From Candidatus Micrarchaeota archaeon (GTDB lineage Archaea > Micrarchaeota > Micrarchaeia > Micrarchaeales > CABMGC01), in assembly GCA_021803945.1 (NCBI GenBank), contig JAJZKW010000002.1, positions 1,734-65,733 of the forward strand: a stretch of DNA of 64,000 nt. The letters are read 5' to 3'. The notes beneath the pieces are model-generated. The model made no database searches. It saw nothing but the letters and a program-made list of their open reading frames with translations, and was not told the DNA's origin. The translations under genes were made by a program, and so were the position numbers. Below are positions 10,301 through 18,323 of the stretch, piece after piece. The stretch's first letter is position 1. Each line of letters opens with the position of its first letter.

Positions 10301-10395
10301 AGGTCTCCGCCCATACCTGTAGCATCAGCTGCCTTGCCCGGATTGTCCTGACCAGCATTTACGTTGGGATCATGCTGGGTTTGGTTATCTGTCAT
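7333..10395 (-). CDS. large membrane-anchored parallel beta-helix (NosD/CASH/PbH1-like) surface protein
   Basis: Polar N-terminal tail and one TM helix (IIAGVIVVLIIAWMAYSFI), then repeated N..YGI.L..S.N beta-helix turns; rich in Cys and N-x-S/T sequons. Confidence 0.85.
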   Translation of the reverse strand: MTDNQTQHDPNVNAGQDNPGKAADATGMGGDLGQDDGEETAETAKQEPANQIQVNQGGAETAAKQPPARPSKGIAIDRQELIERYGGSIKIIAGVIVVLIIAWMAYSFISSMPAPPIRINTTGLPAFAINSCTTISKPGSYYLANNVTAPVGGGTCMKIGSSGVVLDGKGHAIAGSGPFTVNGPVSYGVEVSSEPNVSITNLVVSAFSYGIYLNASNNDTVFNVTSKNATRSGIYLYESSRNHIYNDYIRSAGGVSGAINVTGGGNNTLSRDIVEYNSYYGISLMNSVGNRVIKSVMLGNPVDIACSGTSSFSASNRFYNSSCYVNRFCNFAYCSANNTQASVTGVTLSPAIDSCGSIDTSGTYTIGSDLNFAAYMNASEPGAGTVPCILINASNVNLRCDGYTIKNAPYGILSDNGAYNVTIQGCNLQNNTYGIYLVNAVKFGIGSTIVHNGRYGIYIRSSTDGSLLNSSAYSNVYGFYINGTTYATVGGFNMTNNTYGITLDNSTDVYLRNGESSLSSKVDLFCSTNTYNSSLLSATGVKCTSTDCNWATSCAVKVLPNLSAYPLRGCATITAPGHYSIGGKIFAKGACFKIDTSMVGINCTANSSIISTTGIGAAFGMDNVSNVTVNGCSISGFGSGLMASNTRSLSLTSSVIRFVGSGVNISNGTDAYISNNLVANFGTQAYSLVNTNSSSLIGNRANSAPSGYGFVLSGAHNNKVLNNTANFTDYGFLISGSMHNTIYDNHVYSGSGYSYSCSPDSSGVYAQYGRINYGVSNVNCDWLVEVSPVYLSQVCTLITSPDTISLTQDMVYPYNDTCFAIRSAGNLTADGTTIDCNGHTILATNGGSFVSSYNTSRVTLKNCILIGFTNAAVFNSKAAVSGISILNNTFVGSSNSSIYVNNSEYSNIQGNHIINSSDGIYLYAYNSSTVQDNNISGTDTGVSLNQSLSTSLENNTISNSSFGIRIGNSQFTSIKDNIISNSLNGFYCSGSATSSTSKDLGGNICPSVNGCAWITSPGCR

Positions 10396-10452
10396 AAGAC
10401 CAATTTAAGCTTAACTTTATATCTTTGGCACATCTATTTATAGATTACTTAG

Positions 10453-10524
10453 GCCTCGTTAGCTCAGTGGTAGAGCGCTTGTTTCGTAAACAAGAGGTCG
10501 GGGGTTCGATCCCCTCTCGAGGCT
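10453..10524 (+). tRNA. tRNA-Thr(CGT)
   Basis: Cloverleaf: GCCTCGT...TCGAGGC-T acceptor (U7.U66 mismatch), D arm GCTC/GAGC, anticodon arm CTTGT-TT CGT AA-ACAAG, T loop TTCGATC. No intron, no encoded CCA. Confidence 0.95.
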
Positions 10525-10705
10525 ATTAACTTTCTCCTAACTCTGATAAATTCCATAAATCTATAATAGTGCAAAGCACCAAAAGGACGTAATACCCTGA
10601 GGGCCAAAACTCTCTTTAAGAACATTTTACTAAGAGTGCAAACAGATTGTCGTCATTCACCTACAAGAATATTTAAGTCTAAAGGATAATAATATATCTG
10701 ATTAA

Positions 10706-11323
10706 ATGGAACTTGAATTTAGTGGAAAGGATATCATACTGAAGGACAAGGAGCTAAATTCGTTGGACAAGAAAGTAATTAAGCTTGTTAATCTTATCGA
10801 TTTCGAATATGTGATAATAAGCGGGTATGTAGCCATACTGTTTGGTAGATCTAGGGCAACTGAAGATGTAGACATGTTTATCCGCGTAGGCAAAGAAGAG
10901 TTCTACGCTTTCTATGACCGCATTTCTAAAAATAATTTTTATATAATAAATGCCGAGAACAAGGAAGAAGGATACGAATTCCTTAAGGAAGGGATAGCCC
11001 TGCGCATTGCTGAGAATGGAGAGTTTATACCCAATTTTGAATTGAAGTTGCCTAAAAGAGAGATAGATAGACTGACCATGAAGAACAAAATTAAGGTTAA
11101 ATTCAGCAATTTTGAGATAAACACATCTGAAATTGAGCTGCAGATAGCGTTCAAGCTCTTTCTAGGCAGCGAGAAGGATTATCTTGACTCAAAGCATCTG
11201 TACAATACCTTTGAAAACTACCTTGACAAGAAGAAATTATATCAATATATAAAGCTGCTTGGAGTAAACATGAATGTAGCAGAAAGAATACTGAGACTAA
11301 AGCCAGGCGAGTTTAATGGATAG
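10706..11323 (+). CDS. putative nucleotidyltransferase (AbiEii/DUF6036-like motif)
   Basis: YVIISGYVAILFGRSRATEDVDMFI matches the G..A....G..R.T.D.D pattern; C-terminal K....SEKDYLD. Confidence 0.7.
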   Translation: MELEFSGKDIILKDKELNSLDKKVIKLVNLIDFEYVIISGYVAILFGRSRATEDVDMFIRVGKEEFYAFYDRISKNNFYIINAENKEEGYEFLKEGIALRIAENGEFIPNFELKLPKREIDRLTMKNKIKVKFSNFEINTSEIELQIAFKLFLGSEKDYLDSKHLYNTFENYLDKKKLYQYIKLLGVNMNVAERILRLKPGEFNG

Positions 11324-11504
11324 ACGTAGATTCCTTAAGGAACTTAGGGATATTAAAAAGGAGAATTTCGAACAGAACCTAAAATTTATGGATTTATATG
11401 CAAAATTCCTAAAGAGTAAGACTAACAAGGAATGGAGCCGTCAGCAAAAGGAGTTTATAAATAGCATATACGCTTCCCTACCAAAAAAGGGTAATTTACT
11501 TTGA
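11316..11504 (+). CDS. small helical charged protein, overlapping the NTase stop
   Basis: 62 aa, 8-bp overlap with the upstream gene, same AT-rich composition. Confidence 0.7.
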   Translation: MDRRRFLKELRDIKKENFEQNLKFMDLYAKFLKSKTNKEWSRQQKEFINSIYASLPKKGNLL

Positions 11505-11517
11505 TTTGTGGCAATCC

Positions 11518-11883
11518 ATGGAATTCAATGAACTTACTGACGAAGAAGAAGATGTCATAATCCGCAAGGGCACAGAACGCCCTTTCAGCGGAGAGTACGA
11601 CACATTTTTCAAGGAAGGGGCATACGTATGCAGGAGGTGCGGGTCCCATCTGTACAATTCTGGAGACAAGTTTGACGCAAGGTGTGGATGGCCGAGCTTT
11701 GATCAGGAGGTGAGGGGCGCAGTCAAAAGGGTTCCTGATAAAGACGGTTTAAGGACAGAGATACAGTGCGCAAGGTGCGGAGCCCATCTGGGCCACGTCT
11801 TCCTCGGTGAAGGTATGACTGCAAAAAACACGCGGCATTGCGTGAACTCAGTATCTCTCAAGTTCATACCCAAAGGGAAATAG
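11518..11883 (+). CDS. msrB: methionine-R-sulfoxide reductase
   Basis: GTERPFSG, CRRC, CGWPSF, RTEIQCARCGAHLGHVF, RHCVNS. Confidence 0.96.
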   Translation: MEFNELTDEEEDVIIRKGTERPFSGEYDTFFKEGAYVCRRCGSHLYNSGDKFDARCGWPSFDQEVRGAVKRVPDKDGLRTEIQCARCGAHLGHVFLGEGMTAKNTRHCVNSVSLKFIPKGK

Positions 11884-11884
11884 C

Positions 11885-12412
11885 ATGCCCAAGCCAAAAA
11901 CCGAGACCATTGTCTTTGGAGGCGGATGCTTCTGGTGCACAGAGGCAGTCTTCTCGATGTTTGATGGGGTAGTACGCACAACCCCAGGATACTCTGGAGG
12001 AACGAAGAAAAACCCTACTTACGAAGAGGTGTGCTCTGGAACCACAGGACATGCAGAGGTCCTTGAAATAGAATACAATCCTGCCATAGCGCCTCTTGAG
12101 AAGCTTCTCGACGTCTTCTTCAGCATGCACGACCCTACCTCCCTGAACAGGCAGGAAGCTGATGTCGGGTCGCAGTACAGGTCTATAATACTCTGCACTT
12201 CGGACAGCCAGAGGGATGAAGCTGAGAAGTTTATAGTCCGGATACAGGAGCGCTATGAGAAGCCGATAGTCACTGAAGTAAAGATGCTGGGCGCCTTCTA
12301 TCCGTCCGAGGACTACCACAAAGACTACTACAAGAGCAATCCGTTGCAGCCTTACTGCATGCTGGTCATAGGGCCAAAAGTGCAGAAGATAAGGAAAAAG
12401 TACGGCATATAG
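11885..12412 (+). CDS. msrA: methionine-S-sulfoxide reductase
   Basis: GGGCFWCTE, PTYEEVCSGTTGHAE, HDPT..NRQ..DVGSQYRS, FYPSEDYH. Confidence 0.96.
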   Translation: MPKPKTETIVFGGGCFWCTEAVFSMFDGVVRTTPGYSGGTKKNPTYEEVCSGTTGHAEVLEIEYNPAIAPLEKLLDVFFSMHDPTSLNRQEADVGSQYRSIILCTSDSQRDEAEKFIVRIQERYEKPIVTEVKMLGAFYPSEDYHKDYYKSNPLQPYCMLVIGPKVQKIRKKYGI

Positions 12413-12518
12413 GAAAAACGACAAGACCGCAGGCACAAGTCAGCCAGCTTCTCTAATACTGCGAATGATTTATGGAAATACAATTCCATTTCAGATAGCT
12501 ATAAATACATATTATGTT

Positions 12519-12535
12519 TTATAACTCTGTTATAA
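12519..12535. promoter_or_regulatory. palindromic operator upstream of the regulator-suf operon
   Basis: TTATAAC-tct-GTTATAA perfect inverted repeat between a TATA-like TATAAATA (12500-12507) and the ATG at 12551. Confidence 0.6.
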
Positions 12536-12550
12536 TCTTAGCTGATATTC

Positions 12551-12892
12551 ATGGCAAACGGGTACCAAAGGGCTTCGAAGGAGATAGTGCCTGCTGCAAG
12601 GCTGCTGATAGCGAAGCAGCTAAAGGAGAAATACAACATGTCGGAGACGAATATAGCCGCTGTAATGGGCGTCGCCCAGGCTGCGGTTAGCAAATACCTC
12701 AACGGAAAGTATTCAAAGACGGTTGAGAGGGTCTCTCGTGAGCTCGATGCAGGCTGCATGGACAGGTATCTGTCTTACATTGCCAAGGGAGACCAGAAGG
12801 TGCTAAAGAGCTGCATATGCTCCCTGTGCCATTCAGTAAACAGCTTCGGCTGCAAGTTCTCGCCGTTCAGCGATGAAACGGCCAAGGCATAA
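12551..12892 (+). CDS. HTH transcriptional regulator with C-terminal Cys cluster (probable suf regulator)
   Basis: IVPAARLLIAKQL...MSETNIAAVMGVAQAAVSKYL HTH; CICSLC...GC tail; first gene of the suf run. Confidence 0.8.
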   Translation: MANGYQRASKEIVPAARLLIAKQLKEKYNMSETNIAAVMGVAQAAVSKYLNGKYSKTVERVSRELDAGCMDRYLSYIAKGDQKVLKSCICSLCHSVNSFGCKFSPFSDETAKA

Positions 12893-12900
12893 GTGAGTTG

Positions 12901-14316
12901 ATGGTAAACGAAGGACTTGAAGAGGTAGTTGAAAGGAAGGAATACGCCGAGAAATACGGGTTCTACCAGGATATCTCATACGACGAGTTCCCCAAAGGGC
13001 TTTCAGAGGAAGTCGTAAGGAGTATTTCGAGGATAAAGGGCGAACCGGAATGGATGCTTGAAAAGAGGCTTACAGGGCTGAAGGTATTCTTAAGCAAGCC
13101 GATGCCGTCGTGGGGAGCCGACCTGAGCGATATAAAGTTCGATGATTTCTACTACTACATGAGCCCGAAGGCGAATGAGGAGTCGAGCAAGTGGGAGAAC
13201 GTGCCAGATGACATAAAGCAGACTTTCGACAAGCTCGGTGTCCCAGAAGCTGAGAGGAAATTCTTTGCAGGAGCCGAAGCGCAGTTCGACAGTTCAGTGG
13301 TGTACTCGCACATAAACGCAGAGCTGGAGAAACTTGGAGTGGTATTCACAGATACTGACACTGCGGTGAAGAAGTATCCCGAGCTGATGAAGAAGTACTG
13401 GGGCACCATAATACCTCCTACTGACAACAAGTTCGCTGCACTCAACACTGCGACATGGTCTGGAGGGTCTTTCATATACGTGCCTAAGGGCGTGAAGGTG
13501 CCGATGCCGCTTAATGCTTATTTCAGAATCAATGCCAAGAACTCCGGGCAGTTCGAGAGGACGCTTATAATCGCAGATGAAGGCGCCGAGGTGGTTTATC
13601 TCGAGGGATGCACTGCCTTAGTGTACGCTTCCAACTCCCTCCATTCTGCAGTGGTGGAGCTCGTTGCGCTTGAAGGCGCCCACATAAGGTACGTGACGAT
13701 ACAGAACTGGTCCAAAAACGTATACAACCTCGTCACGCAGCGCGCACACGTATCAAAGAACGCACGGGTGGAGTGGATCGACGCAAATATAGGCAGCAAG
13801 ATAAACATGAAGTACCCCAGCATATTCCTCAACGGCGAAGGCGCCAGGGGAGAGGTGCTTTCAATAGCGATCGCCGGAGACGGTCAGATACAGGATTCAG
13901 GAGGCAAGATATACCATCTCGCCCCGAACACCACCTCAAAGATAATATCTAAGAGTGTGTCGAAGGGAAGCGGAGTAACGACATTCAGGGGGCTGCTTCA
14001 TGTGGCAAAGAATGCCGAAAACGTGAAGTCGCACGTGTCATGCGATGCGCTCCTGCTAGATGAGGACGCGAAGACCAATACCTTCCCATACAACCAGATA
14101 AACAGGAGCGACGCAGTCATAAGCCACGAGGCAAAGGTAGGAAAGATAAGCGACGACGAGATATTCTACCTTATGTCAAGAGGCCTGAACGAGGACGACG
14201 CCACCGCAATGATAGTGCTAGGATTCATAGACGACCTTACGAAGGTCCTCCCTGTCGAATATTCGCTTGAGCTCAAGAGGCTTATCAAGATAGACACGAG
14301 CAAAGGAGTAGGCTAA
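12901..14316 (+). CDS. sufB: Fe-S cluster assembly protein SufB
   Basis: KGLSEEVV..IS..KGEPEWML, DNKFAALN, GQFERTLIIAD, YLEGCTA, SHEAKVGKI, FYLMSRGL. Confidence 0.97.
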   Translation: MVNEGLEEVVERKEYAEKYGFYQDISYDEFPKGLSEEVVRSISRIKGEPEWMLEKRLTGLKVFLSKPMPSWGADLSDIKFDDFYYYMSPKANEESSKWENVPDDIKQTFDKLGVPEAERKFFAGAEAQFDSSVVYSHINAELEKLGVVFTDTDTAVKKYPELMKKYWGTIIPPTDNKFAALNTATWSGGSFIYVPKGVKVPMPLNAYFRINAKNSGQFERTLIIADEGAEVVYLEGCTALVYASNSLHSAVVELVALEGAHIRYVTIQNWSKNVYNLVTQRAHVSKNARVEWIDANIGSKINMKYPSIFLNGEGARGEVLSIAIAGDGQIQDSGGKIYHLAPNTTSKIISKSVSKGSGVTTFRGLLHVAKNAENVKSHVSCDALLLDEDAKTNTFPYNQINRSDAVISHEAKVGKISDDEIFYLMSRGLNEDDATAMIVLGFIDDLTKVLPVEYSLELKRLIKIDTSKGVG

Positions 14317-14333
14317 CCTCTCCAGGTATTTCG

Positions 14334-15572
14334 ATGATTTCATACAAAGAGTTTGTAGACGATGCTATCCGCAATTATGAGTTGCTTCCCGCGGAATCGA
14401 ACGAGATATACAAGAAGTATGCAGTAAGCATGCCACTCACAGAGATGGGCCAGGAGGCGCAGCCTAGCAGCATGCTCGAGTCGGATATCGAAGGGCTCTC
14501 AAGGGACATTGCGGAAAAGACAAGGATAAAGTTCGATGCAGTGATATCGGGCAACTGGGCGAAGAGCTTCAATCCACACATCAGGATCAGCGCAGGAGAC
14601 AAGGCCGACGTGAGCATGCTTGAGAACAAGCTCTTCAAGAGCAGCGAGGACAAGTTTGCGGCATTCGCAAACGCAAATTCAAGGTATTTCATATCTATAG
14701 ATGCAGGAGACGGAGCGCGCATGAAACTGAACCTCCTATTCGTAAACAGCGGAAACCTCCCTGCGCAGGTGCTGGTAAAAGCCAGCAACAGCTCAAAAAT
14801 CGAGGTGTTCGAGCTTTTCATCTCCGCCAACGGCTCGGGTTCGCTGGTAAGCGTCCTGCACGAGATATCAGCAGACAAGAACTCAGAGGTCGAGCTGAAC
14901 GTGTTGCATAACGAGAACCGTAGTACGCGCATACTTAACCTGTGCAAGGCTGTGGCAGGAGATGATGCAATACTACGCGCAAATTTCATGTACAGCGGCG
15001 GGGCTCTGGTAAAGACAAAAGGACATGCGGATTCTAACGGGATCAACAGCCAGGTTGACATAAGCGAATTCGCCTTGGGGGCAATGGACCAGAAATTCGA
15101 TCTCGGCACGTTCATAGTAAATACAAAGCCGTACAGCATCGCGAGGCTTGAATCGGGGGCTGTGCTGTCGGATTCATCCCAATGCATGCTGAAGGGATTC
15201 GCGAAGGTGGAGAAAGGGGCGAAGGGATGCCTCTCAAAGATCACCGAACGCGGGATACTGCTAAGCAAGGAGGCGCACATAGACGCGCTACCTGACATGT
15301 CGATAGACTACAGCAATGAGGTAAAGGCAACGCATTCGGCAGCCACCGCGCCAATGGACAAGGAGGCTCTCTTCTACCTGATGTCAAGGGGGTTAGAAGA
15401 GAACGCGGCGAGGAAAATGTTTATATCAGCATTCATTGCTAAATACATATACAACATGAAGGAAGGGGTTGCCAGCGCAGTCACGATGTCGGTCATGCTC
15501 AACAAGCTGGATGGCGGCATTCCTGGAGCAATGCCGGACGTCACGACAAGCGGAGTGTGGGGAAACAGGTGA
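14334..15572 (+). CDS. sufD: SufD-family Fe-S assembly protein
   Basis: C-terminal LLSKEAHIDALP.MSI...EVKATHSA...EALFYLMSRGL; lies between sufB and sufC. Confidence 0.88.
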   Translation: MISYKEFVDDAIRNYELLPAESNEIYKKYAVSMPLTEMGQEAQPSSMLESDIEGLSRDIAEKTRIKFDAVISGNWAKSFNPHIRISAGDKADVSMLENKLFKSSEDKFAAFANANSRYFISIDAGDGARMKLNLLFVNSGNLPAQVLVKASNSSKIEVFELFISANGSGSLVSVLHEISADKNSEVELNVLHNENRSTRILNLCKAVAGDDAILRANFMYSGGALVKTKGHADSNGINSQVDISEFALGAMDQKFDLGTFIVNTKPYSIARLESGAVLSDSSQCMLKGFAKVEKGAKGCLSKITERGILLSKEAHIDALPDMSIDYSNEVKATHSAATAPMDKEALFYLMSRGLEENAARKMFISAFIAKYIYNMKEGVASAVTMSVMLNKLDGGIPGAMPDVTTSGVWGNR

Positions 15573-15576
15573 GTGC

Positions 15577-16308
15577 ATGATACTTGAGATAAAAGACCTG
15601 AGCGCAGAAGTAGAGCAGAGGAGCGTGCTGAAGGGCCTCAGCCTGAAGGTGGGGGCCGGAGAGATGCATGTCATAATGGGCCCAAACGGTTCAGGGAAGA
15701 CCACGCTGGCAAAGGCGATAATGGGCCATCCTAACACAAAGATAACAAACGGAGAGATACTTGTCGATGGAAACAGGATAAACGACATGCCTGTGAACGA
15801 GAGGGCGAAGCTGGGCATATTCCTGGAGTTCCAGACTCCAGTGGAGATAGAGGGCCTAGGGATAGTAGGATTCCTGAATTCGGCAAGGGGCGCGCTCGGG
15901 AAGGAAAAGATCACCTACAAGGAATTCATGACTGAGATAAAGCAGAATTCAGAGAGCCTTAGGCTCAGGGAGGACCTCGTTGGCAGATCTCTTAACTATG
16001 GGTTCTCAGGAGGGGAGAAGAAGAAGATGGAGATACTTCAGATGTCAGTGCTCAAGCCAAAGCTCGCGATACTCGATGAGCCTGATTCAGGCCTTGACAT
16101 AGATGCAGTAAGGGTTGTAGCGGAGAACATAAACGAATTCAGGAAGAAGACCGGCGCCTCCATACTCCTGATAACACACTATAGCAGGATATTGAACTAC
16201 ATGGACCCACAGTTCATACACGTGATGACAGACGGCAGAATAGCAAGGTCGGGAGGGAAGGAGATAATAGCGGACATAGAGAAGGAAGGGTACACAAAAG
16301 ATGAATGA
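15577..16308 (+). CDS. sufC: Fe-S assembly ATPase SufC
   Basis: GPNGSGKTT, GFSGGEKKK.EILQ, ILDEPDSGLDIDA, ITHY; true start MILEIKDL at 15577. Confidence 0.96.
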   Translation: MILEIKDLSAEVEQRSVLKGLSLKVGAGEMHVIMGPNGSGKTTLAKAIMGHPNTKITNGEILVDGNRINDMPVNERAKLGIFLEFQTPVEIEGLGIVGFLNSARGALGKEKITYKEFMTEIKQNSESLRLREDLVGRSLNYGFSGGEKKKMEILQMSVLKPKLAILDEPDSGLDIDAVRVVAENINEFRKKTGASILLITHYSRILNYMDPQFIHVMTDGRIARSGGKEIIADIEKEGYTKDE

Positions 16309-17562
16309 ATGGACGCCCTTGATGTAGACTCCATAAGAAAGGACTTTCCGATACTCGGCACCAAGGTAAACGGCAAACCTCTCATCTACCTCGACAGCGC
16401 AGCAACCTCTCAGAAGCCCAGCTCCGTAATAGAGGCAGTGGACTACTACTACAAGAATTACAATGCAAACATACACAGGGGGCTATACGAACTCTCGATA
16501 AAATCGACAGAGGAGTACGAGAGGTCGAAGGAGCTGGCGGCAAAGTTCATAAACGCCGAATCGTACAGGGAGATAATATACTGCAGGAACGCTACAGACG
16601 CAATAAACATAGTATCGCTATCCTGGGGCGAATCCGGCATATCTGCAGGAGACCGCATACTCATAACTGACATGGAGCATCACAGCAACATAGTGCCCTG
16701 GCTGGAGCTTGCAAAGAGGAAGAAGGCCGTCCTGGACCACGTCGGCCTCGAAGCCGGCTCGTATATAGACATGGAAGACTTCAAGAGGAAACTCGAATCA
16801 AGGCCCAAGATGGTCGCGTTCACAAACGCATCGAATGTCCTGGGTACAATAAACGATGCAAAGAAGATGGCAAGGCTAGCGCACGAAGCCGGAGCAACGG
16901 TCCTTGTGGACTGCGCGCAGACCTCGCCCCACATGGCCCTGGACGTAAGGGACATGGACTGCGACTTCGCCGCGTTCTCAAGCCATAAGATGCTTGGGCC
17001 ATCGGGAATCGGGATACTTTACGGGAAGGCTGCGCTCCTGGAGCAGATAACTCCTGCGATAGTAGGCAGCGACATGATAAGGTCAGTCACGTTCGATTCC
17101 GCAGTCTGGAACGAGCTTCCATGGAAGTTCGAGTCAGGCACACCGAACATCGAAGGCGCAATAGGCTTCGGAGCCGCAATAGAATACCTCAACAAGACAG
17201 GTATGCAAAGGATCAGGCAGCACGAGATCGATATAACGAAGTACGCCATGAAGAGGTTAAGCGAGGTACCAGGAGTGAGCGTCTTCGGCCCGGGGATGGG
17301 CGAACCGGAAAGGCGAGTCGGAGTCATATCCTTCAAGATCGCAGGGGCGCATCCCCATGATGTCGCTCAGATATTCAACAGCGAGGGAATAGCCATACGC
17401 GCAGGGCACCACTGCGCCATGCCACTTGTCACGCAGGTCGTGGGAGAACCGGCAGTATCTAGGATGAGCTTCTATCTATATAACAATAAAGAGGAGGTTG
17501 ACAAGGCGATTGATGCTATAACGAAGGTGAAGAAAGTCCTCAGGCTCGACGGGAAAGAGTAG
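16309..17562 (+). CDS. sufS: cysteine desulfurase SufS
   Basis: YLDSAATSQKP, MEHHSNIVPW, FSSHKMLGP, FESGTPNI, RAGHHCA. Confidence 0.97.
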   Translation: MDALDVDSIRKDFPILGTKVNGKPLIYLDSAATSQKPSSVIEAVDYYYKNYNANIHRGLYELSIKSTEEYERSKELAAKFINAESYREIIYCRNATDAINIVSLSWGESGISAGDRILITDMEHHSNIVPWLELAKRKKAVLDHVGLEAGSYIDMEDFKRKLESRPKMVAFTNASNVLGTINDAKKMARLAHEAGATVLVDCAQTSPHMALDVRDMDCDFAAFSSHKMLGPSGIGILYGKAALLEQITPAIVGSDMIRSVTFDSAVWNELPWKFESGTPNIEGAIGFGAAIEYLNKTGMQRIRQHEIDITKYAMKRLSEVPGVSVFGPGMGEPERRVGVISFKIAGAHPHDVAQIFNSEGIAIRAGHHCAMPLVTQVVGEPAVSRMSFYLYNNKEEVDKAIDAITKVKKVLRLDGKE

Positions 17563-17585
17563 CATAAAGGATCAAAGCGCAAAGC

Positions 17586-18206
17586 TTACGAGCCGTAATA
17601 TTCATGCTTGCCTAGCACAAGGGCTATTATGTCTTCGAAGTCGACATGCACCTTCTGCTCCCTTTCCACTGACAGTCCGCGCAGGTTTATTGTGCCCCTG
17701 AGCTTTTCAAGGTCTCCAAGGGAGCTTACTACAAGTATTATCTTTCCATATGCCTTCAGGAAATCCGTTGCGCTATCTATGAACTTCTCAGATACCTCGA
17801 TTCCCTTTTCCCCTCCGTACCAGGCCTCGGATAGCTTCATATCGTCCCCGTCCGGTAGATAAGGCGCATTGAATATTATCATATCGAACATGCCTTCCAC
17901 GTTCGAGAACAGGTCGCTCTTCACGACTTCACATTCAGCAGATATCCTATCTGAATTCCTCCGTATATTTTCCTTGCACAGTTCAAGCGCATCGTCATTT
18001 ATGTCAGCGAAGACAACACGTTTCACGTTTGCGTTAGATGCAGCAACGAGTCCGAGGATGCCGCTCCCGCACCCGATTTCGAGAACTTCCACTCCGCCTT
18101 CCATACTGTCAAGCTCCTCTCTGATCATATCGGCCGCAAGGAAGGAGTCCTCAGCCGGAATGTAGACATTGTCATTGGTCAGGATGTCCAGTCCGGCGTA
18201 TTCCAT
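17586..18206 (-). CDS. HemK2/PrmC-family N5-glutamine methyltransferase
   Basis: VYIPAEDSFL, LEIGCGSG, SDLF, IIFNAPY (NPPY variant), GGEKG. Confidence 0.88.
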   Translation of the reverse strand: MEYAGLDILTNDNVYIPAEDSFLAADMIREELDSMEGGVEVLEIGCGSGILGLVAASNANVKRVVFADINDDALELCKENIRRNSDRISAECEVVKSDLFSNVEGMFDMIIFNAPYLPDGDDMKLSEAWYGGEKGIEVSEKFIDSATDFLKAYGKIILVVSSLGDLEKLRGTINLRGLSVEREQKVHVDFEDIIALVLGKHEYYGS

Positions 18207-18323
18207 GAAATTATTGCGATATAAAACTATAAAAGACTAAAAGTAAGGCCGTTCTGCGGACCAAGAGGCTAAAATACGAATATATACCTTTCATGCGTCA
18301 TTAAAATGTAACGGGCGCTGCCT

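Larger units (their letters stand above)
10525..11504. other. AT-rich islet downstream of tRNA-Thr(CGT)
   Basis: Visibly more AT-rich than its flanks; carries a two-gene module; no integrase or att duplication found. Confidence 0.6.

Noticed and set aside
11518..12412. Selenoprotein Msr, given a SelB-like gene in the window
   Set aside because: Both Msr genes encode Cys at catalytic positions with no in-frame TGA, and the SelB-like protein lacks a working G domain.
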